From: Polyangiaceae bacterium
GTDB taxonomy: Bacteria > Myxococcota_A > Polyangia > Polyangiales > Polyangiaceae
Direction: 5' to 3'
Assembly: GCA_044222475.1 (NCBI GenBank)
Contig: JBGANF010000062.1
Location: 1 to 42,448 of the forward strand
Length of the DNA: 42,448 nucleotides
Both the position numbers and the translations under genes were made by a program. Position 1 is the stretch's first letter; each line of letters opens with the position of its first letter. A model generated the notes under the pieces. The model searched no databases, had not been told where the DNA came from, and worked only from the letters and a program-made list of their open reading frames with translations. Shown piece after piece: positions 26,656-34,608 of this stretch.

Positions 26656-27315
26656 TCACGGGCAACGCGGCGACGTCGGCTCGACCACCGTGCCCCGCAC
26701 GGCGTACTCGACGTCGCACTCGCCTTTGGTGCCCTTTTCGTGAAGGGTGAACCCGCGCCCCTTCGCGACGACGGAGCGAACGACGCCGGTCGCCCCCGAC
26801 GCGATGACGACGAGCGCGCCACCGCGCACCGTCACGAGCAAGAGGTCGGCGTGCTCGCGCGCGTTCATGTCGGTCGGCGCCATGTCGAGCTCGCGGAGGA
26901 CGAGCAGGGCTTCGTCGGTGCCGTCGCCGTCGACGTCGGCGAACGCGGTGAGGAGCTCGAGCTGGGTCGTGTAGTGGGCGTGGCTTCCAGCGGTGTAGAT
27001 GTGGTGCTCGGCACGACAGCCAGCGAGCGGCCCGACGAACGCGTGAGAGCAGCTGCAGAAGTCGACGTCGTGGACCGAGGCGTGGGTCGCGTGCGACCAC
27101 GGGCAATCGCGGAGGACGCCGCCGAGAGCGGAAGCGGAAGCGGAAGCGAAAGCGGAAGCGGAAGCGGAAGCGGAAGCGGAAGCGGAAGCGGAAGCGGAAG
27201 CGGAAGCGGAAGCGGAAGCGGAAGCGGAAGCGGAAGCGGAATCTGACGGCGCGGCCGCGCCTCTCGTGCAGGCGACCGCCATCGCGAACCCGAACGGAAG
27301 CCATCGACGAACCAT
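26656..27315 (-). CDS. putative lipoprotein with (Ser-Ala)n linker
   Basis: MAVAC lipobox; SA repeat; DVDGDGTDEA Ca-binding-like loop. Confidence 0.68.
   Translation of the reverse strand: MVRRWLPFGFAMAVACTRGAAAPSDSASASASASASASASASASASASASASASAFASASASALGGVLRDCPWSHATHASVHDVDFCSCSHAFVGPLAGCRAEHHIYTAGSHAHYTTQLELLTAFADVDGDGTDEALLVLRELDMAPTDMNAREHADLLLVTVRGGALVVIASGATGVVRSVVAKGRGFTLHEKGTKGECDVEYAVRGTVVEPTSPRCP
27127..27240. repeat. hexanucleotide tandem repeat (AGCGGA)x19
   Basis: 114 bp, 19 units, one variant unit AGCGAA at 27145-27150. Confidence 0.97.
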
Positions 27316-27462
27316 GTGGGATTCGGATCGTACACGGCAGGTGGCGCGGTGCCTGGCGCGAAGTGGAGCGCGCCACCTCGCGCAACGCGAAAACCCCGAG
27401 AAATCCAGGGCGAGCGGGCCGGCACGAGATTCGCTCTACGGCGCGGCTTGGAGGTGTCCACC

Positions 27463-28530
27463 ATGAACATCGTTCGATTCGCCATCCTGTCGCTCGTCTT
27501 CGTCGCCGTTCCCGCCTGCTCCGCCGAGCGCGAGCAGAAGTTCATCGTCCCCGTCGACGGAGGCGCCGACGCGAGCGGCCTCAGCGTCGACGAGGTCGAG
27601 GTCGTGTCGGGTGTTCCCGACCACGGCCGCAACCCCGCGGTCGTCGCGCTCGATCTCGGGGGCCAGGGCCTGTGCAGCGGCACGCTCATCGCGCCCGACG
27701 TCGTGCTCACCGCGCGCCACTGCGTCTCGTATTCCGTGTCGAAGGTCGTCTGCCCGGCGAAGGGGCCTCAAGTCGGCCGCAACCGCGAGCCGAAGTCGAT
27801 CGCGGTCTACTTCGGTGACGACACGTTCTCCGCCGAGCTCGTCGCTCTCGGTCGCGAGATCGTGACGCCGAAGAGCGATCAGCTTTGCGACCACGATCTC
27901 GCCGCGGTCGTCCTCGATCGCGACGTGGAGAACGTGGCGCCCCTGAAGATCTCGAAGGACGCACCGCTGCGCGGTGACGCGGTGCGCGCCGTCGGCTTCG
28001 GCAAAACGGGGGACGACGGTGAGTCGGGGGTGAAGCTGCTGCGCGATCACGTGAAGATCCTCGACGTCTTCCCGGCCGAGTTCCTCGTCGGCGAGGCGAC
28101 CTGCTCGGGCGACTCCGGAGGGCCCGCGCTCGACGAGTCGACCGGGGAGATCCTCGGCGTCGTGTCGCGCGGCGGACCGAGCTGCGAGGGCTCGGGAGTG
28201 CACAACGTCTACACGCGGGCCGACGCCTTTCGCGACGTCATCGCCGCCGCGCTCGCCAAGAGCGGTCAGCCCTCGCCGATCGACGAGGACGCCGGGACCG
28301 TCAACGTCACCAAGGACGCCGGGGCGAAGCCGAAGCCGCCGAAGCCGAGCAAGCCGGTGTTCGACATGGGCGATGCGTGCACCAAAGGCGCCGAGTGCGC
28401 CGCTGGCGTCTGCGTGACCAACGGGTCCGTCAGCTATTGTTCGCGGAAATGCGGGGGTGGCGACCGGTGCCCGAGCGGGTACTGGTGCACCAAAGTCGGC
28501 GGAACCACGAGCGTTTGCGTCGCGCATTAG
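27463..28530 (+). CDS. S1 (trypsin-like) serine peptidase lipoprotein with Cys-rich C-terminus
   Basis: CSGTLIAP.VVLTARHC, HDLA, TC.GDSGGP catalytic triad motifs; VPAC lipobox; GGAGGT RBS. Confidence 0.93.
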   Translation: MNIVRFAILSLVFVAVPACSAEREQKFIVPVDGGADASGLSVDEVEVVSGVPDHGRNPAVVALDLGGQGLCSGTLIAPDVVLTARHCVSYSVSKVVCPAKGPQVGRNREPKSIAVYFGDDTFSAELVALGREIVTPKSDQLCDHDLAAVVLDRDVENVAPLKISKDAPLRGDAVRAVGFGKTGDDGESGVKLLRDHVKILDVFPAEFLVGEATCSGDSGGPALDESTGEILGVVSRGGPSCEGSGVHNVYTRADAFRDVIAAALAKSGQPSPIDEDAGTVNVTKDAGAKPKPPKPSKPVFDMGDACTKGAECAAGVCVTNGSVSYCSRKCGGGDRCPSGYWCTKVGGTTSVCVAH

Positions 28531-28536
28531 CCGACG

Positions 28537-28566
28537 TTGACTACTACGGTGTAAGCCACCTATATC
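28537..28566 (+). promoter_or_regulatory. putative sigma-70-type promoter TTGACT-N18-TATATC, 6 nt before GTG 28573
   Basis: both hexamers visible; predicted TSS falls on the start codon. Confidence 0.6.
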
Positions 28567-28572
28567 CGCGGG

Positions 28573-29718
28573 GTGAATTTCGACTTCTCCGAGCATCACG
28601 ACCTCCTTCGGAAGACCGTCCGTGACTTCGCCAAGAGCGAGGTCGCGCCCCACGCGCGGAAGTGGGACGAAGAGGAGCGGTTTCCGAAGGAGATCGTCCC
28701 GAAGCTCGCGGAGCTGGGCCTCCTAGGGATCCGCATCCCGGAGGAGTACGGCGGCTCGGGCATGGACACGACGAGCTACGCGATCTGCGTCGAAGAGATC
28801 GCCCGCGTCGACGGATCGCTCGCGCTCACCGTCGCGTCGCACAACGGGCTCGGCACCGGGCACATCCTCTCGTTCGGGAGCGATGCGCAGAAGAAGAAGT
28901 ACCTGCCCAAGGCGGCGAAGGGCGAGTGGCTCGCGGCATGGGCGCTCACCGAGCCGGGCAGCGGGAGCGACTCGGCGGGTCTCGCGACGACGGCCCGGCG
29001 TGACGGCGACCACTGGGTGATCAACGGGACGAAGATGTTCATCACGCAGGGGACCGTCGGCGGCTTCGTCGTCGTCCTCGCGCGCACGAACCCGGACGTC
29101 TCGAAGCAGCGGGGCATCACCGCGTTCGTGGTCGAGCACGGCACGCCGGGGTTCAACTCGTCGAAGCACCTCGAGAAGCTGGGCTGCAAGTCGAGCGACA
29201 CGGCGGAGCTCGTCTTCGAGAACGTGCGCGTCCCCGACGCGAACCGCGTCGGCGAGATCGACAGCGGCTTCATCGACACGATGAAGATCCTGGATCGCGG
29301 TCGCATCTCGATCGCCGCGATGGCGCTGGGCCTCGGCTACGGCGCGCTCGAGATGGCGCTCTCGTACGCGAAGGATCGCAAGCAGTTCGGCAAGTCGATC
29401 TCCGAGTTCCAAGCGATCCAGTGGATGCTCGCCGACTGCAAGATGGAGCTCGACGCGGCGGCGCTGCTCACCTACCGCGCAGCGTGGCTGTGCGATCTCG
29501 GTCGGCCGTACTCGAAGGAAGCGTCGATGGCGAAGCTCTTCGCGAGCGAAGCCTCGACCCGCGCGTGCAACAAGTCGCTGCAGATCCACGGCGGCTACGG
29601 CTACACGCGCGAGTTCGCGGTCGAGCGTCACCTGCGTGACGCGAAGATCTGCGAAATCGGAGAGGGCACGAGCGAAGTCCAGCGAATGGTCATCGCGAAG
29701 CACCTGTTGATGGGCTGA
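28573..29718 (+). CDS. acyl-CoA dehydrogenase
   Basis: PEEYGGSG, ALTEPGSGSD, INGTKMFIT, R.QFGK.I.EFQ, QIHGGYGY, IGEGTSEVQR. Confidence 0.96.
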   Translation: MNFDFSEHHDLLRKTVRDFAKSEVAPHARKWDEEERFPKEIVPKLAELGLLGIRIPEEYGGSGMDTTSYAICVEEIARVDGSLALTVASHNGLGTGHILSFGSDAQKKKYLPKAAKGEWLAAWALTEPGSGSDSAGLATTARRDGDHWVINGTKMFITQGTVGGFVVVLARTNPDVSKQRGITAFVVEHGTPGFNSSKHLEKLGCKSSDTAELVFENVRVPDANRVGEIDSGFIDTMKILDRGRISIAAMALGLGYGALEMALSYAKDRKQFGKSISEFQAIQWMLADCKMELDAAALLTYRAAWLCDLGRPYSKEASMAKLFASEASTRACNKSLQIHGGYGYTREFAVERHLRDAKICEIGEGTSEVQRMVIAKHLLMG

Positions 29719-29745
29719 CCTTCGCGGAGGGGGTAACATCGTCCC

Positions 29746-31773
29746 ATGCGTGTGATGCGTCACTCGTTGGCGCTCATCGTGGTGGTGGGCGCGCTCCTCG
29801 TGTCTGGCGCCGCGGAGGCGAGTGTTGCCGACGCGCGCGCCGCCTTCGAGGCTCGTGCACGCTCGCAGCTCACGGCGAAAGCGCCGGCAGTCGTCCCACG
29901 TTGGGACGAGGCGAACGCCGCGCGTGACGCGGGAAGACTCGACGACGCCGCAGCGGCATACCGCGACGTCATCGCCGCCGACCCGGAGTTCGACCACGCC
30001 CATCGGAAGCTTTGTTCCGTGCTCGCACGGCAAGAGCATTGGGACGAGGCCGAGCGGGAGTGTCGTGCGGCGCTGACGCTCGACCCGAACAGCGCCATCA
30101 ATCATGCCGCCGTCGCGCGAGTGCTGGTCGGACGGCCCAACCCCGGCCGTTCCCGGCTGGCGGAAGCTGAGCGGGAGGTGCACGCGGCGTCCTGGCGTGA
30201 CTCCGACGACTACGATGTCCTCGCCGTTGGCGCCGAGGTGTCGCTCGCCAACGGCGATGACCTCGCGCTCCTGCGCGACGTCTCTCGCATGAAGGGTCTC
30301 GGGCCGGATGAACCCGAGACGCTCACGATGTCGATCTACCTCGACGCCGCACGGGGAGATACCGACGCGGCGCGCCAAGGGCTCGCGAAGTCGCGCAGCC
30401 GGCTGCCTCCCGAGACCGTTGCCAGTCTCGAAGCAGCCATCGAACGAGGAGAAGATCGTCCCACCTTGGGACACCTTGCGCGGAAGTTCGGAAAGATCTT
30501 CCTGGGCTGGGCGCTCGCGTTTCTCGGTCTTTTCGTGTTCGGTTCGACCCTTTCGCGAATGACGCTGAAGAGTGCCGAACGCGTCGATCCTGCAGCCAGA
30601 GGCGAAGCCCGAGGATCGACACGCTGGCTGCGGCGTGCGTATGCAATCCTCATCGCGCTTGCCGGGGTGTTCTTCTATGTCTCGCTTCCACTGGTGGCCA
30701 TCGTCGTCGTCGTGCTGGCGGGCGGACTCATCTATGGAGTTCTCGAGACGGGGTGGATCGCGACGAAGCTGATTCTCCTCGTCATCGTGATGGCGCTGGC
30801 GTCTCTCATTGCGATCGTTCGGAGTCTGTTGGCGATCTTCCAACGATCCTCGACGGAAGACCCGGGCCTCGTGCTCCCACGGGACGAGCACCCGGAGCTT
30901 CACCGTGTGCTCGACGGAGTCGCCAAGGTCATCGCGACGCGGGGCCCGGACAAGGTCTTCTTGACGCCAGGAACCTCGATGGCGGTGTTCGAGCGAGGCT
31001 CGGCGCTTCGCACGATGACTGGGCGCGGCGAGCGATGCCTCATCGTCGGCGCCGGACTCCTCCCGGGCTTTCGCGTGGGTCCGTTCAAGGCGATCCTCGC
31101 TCACGAGCTGGGCCACTTCAAGAACGAGGACACCGCCGGGGGCGTGACGTCGCTCGTCGTGCGTCGCTCGCTGACTCAGATGATCGTCTCGCTTTCTCTC
31201 GGTGGAGTTGCCCGGCGCTTCAACCCCGCGTGGCTCTTCGTCGAAGGTTTTCACCACGTCTTCCTTCGCATCTCGCAGGGCGCGTCGCGGCTGCAAGAGG
31301 TGCTCGCGGATCGCTGGGCGATCACGGCGTATGGGAGCGAGAACTTCGTCGCGGGGCTCCAGCACGTCATTCGACGAGAGGTGTGCTTCGACGTCGAGGC
31401 TGATCACGCCATCCGCGTCGCCGTCGAAAGCGCGACACCGCTACCCAGCCTCTACCGTCGCAAGGGGCAGGTACACGACCGCGACGATGTGAAGGAAGCC
31501 GTGCGGGAAGCGATCCAACGCGCCGCAGGCCCCTACGACAGTCATCCGTCCCCAGCGGCGCGCATCGATCACGCAAACGCGCTAGCCGTCGCGAACGAGC
31601 CGACATCCGAAGATGCCGGCGAAGTGTGGAGCCTCATCGCGGATCGCTCGGCGCTCGTGCGCAAGCTCATGGCGCGAGTGCAGCGCGACTTGCAGCACCG
31701 ATCCGGGGTGTTCGTGGACCTTGCTCCCGACGACGAAATGACGCCCGAAGAGTTCGACCCCCGCTTGCATTAG
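29746..31773 (+). CDS. TPR-containing M48-family zinc metallopeptidase, membrane-bound
   Basis: signal peptide, TPR-like N-terminus, TM region, ILAHELGH, QE..AD, DSHPS...RI; TAACAT-N6-ATG. Confidence 0.88.
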   Translation: MRVMRHSLALIVVVGALLVSGAAEASVADARAAFEARARSQLTAKAPAVVPRWDEANAARDAGRLDDAAAAYRDVIAADPEFDHAHRKLCSVLARQEHWDEAERECRAALTLDPNSAINHAAVARVLVGRPNPGRSRLAEAEREVHAASWRDSDDYDVLAVGAEVSLANGDDLALLRDVSRMKGLGPDEPETLTMSIYLDAARGDTDAARQGLAKSRSRLPPETVASLEAAIERGEDRPTLGHLARKFGKIFLGWALAFLGLFVFGSTLSRMTLKSAERVDPAARGEARGSTRWLRRAYAILIALAGVFFYVSLPLVAIVVVVLAGGLIYGVLETGWIATKLILLVIVMALASLIAIVRSLLAIFQRSSTEDPGLVLPRDEHPELHRVLDGVAKVIATRGPDKVFLTPGTSMAVFERGSALRTMTGRGERCLIVGAGLLPGFRVGPFKAILAHELGHFKNEDTAGGVTSLVVRRSLTQMIVSLSLGGVARRFNPAWLFVEGFHHVFLRISQGASRLQEVLADRWAITAYGSENFVAGLQHVIRREVCFDVEADHAIRVAVESATPLPSLYRRKGQVHDRDDVKEAVREAIQRAAGPYDSHPSPAARIDHANALAVANEPTSEDAGEVWSLIADRSALVRKLMARVQRDLQHRSGVFVDLAPDDEMTPEEFDPRLH

Positions 31774-31805
31774 CCTCCAGAGTCGTCACGGACTCGGTTG
31801 GCTCG

Positions 31806-32156
31806 TCAGACGATCTCTTCCGGGACCGGCGGCGCGCCGTAGGGCTTCGCTTGGTTGCGGTAGTCGGGCGGGGGCGGCGGCGGTGCGGTCGCGGTGGACG
31901 TCGCGCTCGCGGTCGCGGTCGGACCGGGGCCGGCTTCGACCGGATCCACCGTGACTTGATTCGGAGTCTTCGAGTCGTTGCACGCACCGAGCGCCAGCGC
32001 GCCGAGGGTCATGATGGCGGCGCGACCGAGGCGAGCCGTGGGGGAGCCGGAGCTCATCGCTCCGCACCCCTTTTGGTACGTCGAAGCGCCGCAGAACGGA
32101 CACGCGTCGGCGTCCGAGCGGACGTGGCGAGCGCACGAAGAGCAGAGCACGAGCAT
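31806..32156 (-). CDS. small protein: N-terminal CxxC...CPFC zinc ribbon, internal lipobox, C-terminal YGAPP
   Basis: MLVLCSSCARHV...ACPFCG; LALGAC; T/A/P-rich linker; KPYGAPP; GGAGG RBS. Confidence 0.72.
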   Translation of the reverse strand: MLVLCSSCARHVRSDADACPFCGASTYQKGCGAMSSGSPTARLGRAAIMTLGALALGACNDSKTPNQVTVDPVEAGPGPTATASATSTATAPPPPPPDYRNQAKPYGAPPVPEEIV

Positions 32157-32186
32157 GAGGAGACCTCCGGCTCGGGAGCCTATCAC

Positions 32187-32501
32187 TCAGTTCGGCAGCG
32201 CGGCGCGCACCGCGAAGTAGAGGCGCCGCTCCCGACCGCATTGCGGCGAGATCACGTGGGCCACCCGGAGTGACCTCCCGCCGTGGACCAGGACGGTGTG
32301 CTCGTTGACCCGGTAGTGGTCGCCGCACACCGGGCAGGTCATCGACGCCGCGTGGACCTCGACCTGGGAGGCCGACTCGAGCGGGATGGGCCGCTCCGGC
32401 GAGGCGCCCTCGTCGAAGGCGGCCAGCTTTTCCTTGGCCGTCGCGAGCTTCTGGAGGGTGCGCTCTTGCTCGCGGCGAACGGTCCGGGCCCGGCGGGTCA
32501 T
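32187..32501 (-). CDS. small putative zinc-binding protein
   Basis: CPVCG and SPQCG motifs; TACGTT-N6-ATG upstream. Confidence 0.7.
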   Translation of the reverse strand: MTRRARTVRREQERTLQKLATAKEKLAAFDEGASPERPIPLESASQVEVHAASMTCPVCGDHYRVNEHTVLVHGGRSLRVAHVISPQCGRERRLYFAVRAALPN

Positions 32502-32633
32502 GCCGAAAACGTAAGCCGGCTAGCGAGTCGGCGGAAGCCCACCCCCCCCTCCAGGGCGCCTTAGCTCGTCGCCCGTTCAGGTGATCCTTCGTCCGACCTG
32601 CGCGCGAAACCCCTCGAAATGCCGCGTGAATTG

Positions 32634-32696
32634 TTGACACGACCCCCCTCGTTTCCTTAGCGTGCCTTTACGTGGGAAGAAGTGGCAAGAAGTGCC
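32634..32696 (+). promoter_or_regulatory. dcw promoter (TTGACA-N18-TAGCGT) with MraZ-type 10-bp-spaced GTG(G/C) repeats
   Basis: TTGACA 32634-32639, TAGCGT 32658-32663; GTGCC 32662, GTGGG 32672, GTGGC 32682, GTGCC 32692. Confidence 0.8.
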
Positions 32697-32782
32697 AAAC
32701 CCGGGATCGATGACCCATGAGCACCCGCGATTGAACGGCGATTCCAGGGCACGGGCCAACTTCAGGAGACCGAAGCGACACG

Positions 32783-33226
32783 ATGTTCCGAGGGCGTTAC
32801 GAGCACACGATCGACCAGAAAGGTCGGACGAGCCTGCCGGCTCGGTACCGTGACGTGCTCACGTCCATCGGCGAGAAGCGCATCGTCATCACGAGCGCGC
32901 TCGACCCGTGTCTCGTCGCGTACACGATGCCGGAGTGGCTCGCGTTCGAGGAGAAGATCGCGAAGCTCTCGCAGTTCGATCGCGCGGTGCAGAAGCTCCG
33001 CCGCATCTACGTCTCCGGGGCGGTCGAGTGCGAGGTCGACGACTCGGGCCGCGTGCTCATCCCGCCGACGCTTCGTGATCACGCGAAGCTCGCCAAGGAA
33101 GTGATCTGGGCCGGCAGCGGAAAGTACGCCGAGCTCTGGGACAAGAACACGTGGCGCGAGTTCTGCGACACGTCCGAAGAAGAGCGGTTGGCGATGAGCC
33201 AACGCCTCGCGGAGCTCGGCCTATGA
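32783..33226 (+). CDS. mraZ: division/cell wall cluster repressor MraZ
   Basis: MFRGRYEHTIDQKGR.SLP and VDDSGRVLIP..LR tandem AbrB-like motifs; AGGAG RBS. Confidence 0.96.
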   Translation: MFRGRYEHTIDQKGRTSLPARYRDVLTSIGEKRIVITSALDPCLVAYTMPEWLAFEEKIAKLSQFDRAVQKLRRIYVSGAVECEVDDSGRVLIPPTLRDHAKLAKEVIWAGSGKYAELWDKNTWREFCDTSEEERLAMSQRLAELGL

Positions 33227-34269
33227 GCGCGGGGCGATCGAACGCGGCGCTCGAAGCGCTCGAGTGGGCGGACTCGCAGCTCGCGCTGCCCGGCCTCGAA
33301 GACGCGAGCGAGTGGACTTGGGCCGAGGAAGAGGAGCTCTCCTTCGTGCAGTACTCCCACATCACCGTCATGAGGAGCGAGGTCGCCGCCGCGCTGGCGC
33401 CGACCACCGGCGTCATCGTCGACGCGACGCTCGGCGGCGGCGGCCACAGCGAAGCGATCCTCGAAGCGTCTCCCGACGTGAAGGTCATCGGCTTCGACCG
33501 CGATCTCACCGCGATCGAAGCGGCGTCGTCGCGGCTCGCGCGCTTCGGCGACCGATTCCGCGCCGTCCACGCGCCGTTCGCGGCCGCCAAGGAAGAGCTC
33601 GAGCGCCTCGGCGTGTTGCCGATCGCCGGGCTCTGCGCCGACCTCGGAGTGAGCTCGCCCCAGCTCGACGACCCCACCCGCGGGATGAGCTTCCGCCACG
33701 AGGGTCCGCTCGACATGCGCATGGACCGCTCGACCGGCGAGACCGCGTTGGACCTCATCGATCGCCTGGACGACGACGCGCTCGCCAACGTGATCTTCGA
33801 GCTCGGCGAAGAGCGTCGCTCGCGCCGCATCGCGCGCAGCATCAAGCGCGCCCTCGCCGCCGGCGAGCTCCGCACGACGACCGACCTGCGCCGCGCCGTC
33901 GTTCGCGCGGTCGGCCCGGTGCGCGTCGGCGGCGTCGATCCCGCGACGCGCACGTTCCAAGCGCTTCGCATCGCCGTCAACCGCGAGCTCGACGAGCTCG
34001 ACGCGCTCCTCGCGATCGCCCCCGAGCTGCTCGCCGAAGGCGGGACCCTCGCGATCATCAGCTTCCACTCGCTGGAAGACCGGCGGGTGAAGCGAGCGTT
34101 CTCCAAGCGTGACCGCTGGGCACCGCTCACCAAGAAGCCGATGATCGCCACCGACGCCGAGACCGAAGCGAACCCGCGCGCGAGAAGCGCGAAGCTGCGG
34201 GCCGCGCGGTTGATGCCGTCGGCGGAGTCCTCCGGCGAAAGGCTTCCGGACGAAGGAGACGACGGATGA
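33223..34269 (+). CDS. rsmH: 16S rRNA m4C1402 methyltransferase RsmH
   Basis: H..VM..EV, DATLGGGGHS, DLGVSSPQLD...RG.SF, PLDMRMD, PATRTFQALRIAVN.EL, ISFHSLEDR, NPRARSAKLR. Confidence 0.97.
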   Translation: MSAGRSNAALEALEWADSQLALPGLEDASEWTWAEEEELSFVQYSHITVMRSEVAAALAPTTGVIVDATLGGGGHSEAILEASPDVKVIGFDRDLTAIEAASSRLARFGDRFRAVHAPFAAAKEELERLGVLPIAGLCADLGVSSPQLDDPTRGMSFRHEGPLDMRMDRSTGETALDLIDRLDDDALANVIFELGEERRSRRIARSIKRALAAGELRTTTDLRRAVVRAVGPVRVGGVDPATRTFQALRIAVNRELDELDALLAIAPELLAEGGTLAIISFHSLEDRRVKRAFSKRDRWAPLTKKPMIATDAETEANPRARSAKLRAARLMPSAESSGERLPDEGDDG

Positions 34270-34592
34270 CGCGCCGCCGTTCGCGCCACTTCGTCCTCCT
34301 GTGGACGCTCGCGACGGTCGCCACGGTGTGCGCGTTCATCGTTCATCTCGCCCTGCGCGGTCGCACGCTGCAGCTCGGCTACGAGCTCGGTCGGGCGCGC
34401 GCGGAGCAAGCGCGCCTCCGCGAGGTGAAGCGCGTCCTCTCGCTCGAAGCCGCGAGCTACAAGACGCCGGAGCGCGTCGAGATCATCGCGCGCACGCTCC
34501 TCGGCATGGAGCCGGCCACGCCCGATCGGATCATCACGATGCCGACCCCGGTTCACCACGACGGCAAGATCGCCCAGGCAGGAACCGACTGA
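34266..34592 (+). CDS. ftsL: cell division protein FtsL
   Basis: single TM plus coiled coil plus PERVE.IAR..LGM; position between rsmH and ftsI. Confidence 0.85.
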   Translation: MTRRRSRHFVLLWTLATVATVCAFIVHLALRGRTLQLGYELGRARAEQARLREVKRVLSLEAASYKTPERVEIIARTLLGMEPATPDRIITMPTPVHHDGKIAQAGTD

Positions 34593-34608
34593 TGGGCCCG
34601 AGGTCCCG

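Noticed and set aside
26740..27246. Plus-strand ORF with (Gly-Ser)n and minus-strand ORFs with (Arg-Phe)n or (Leu-Pro)n
   Set aside because: Alternative readings of the hexamer repeat; only the Ser-Ala frame has a lipobox and plausible flanking sequence
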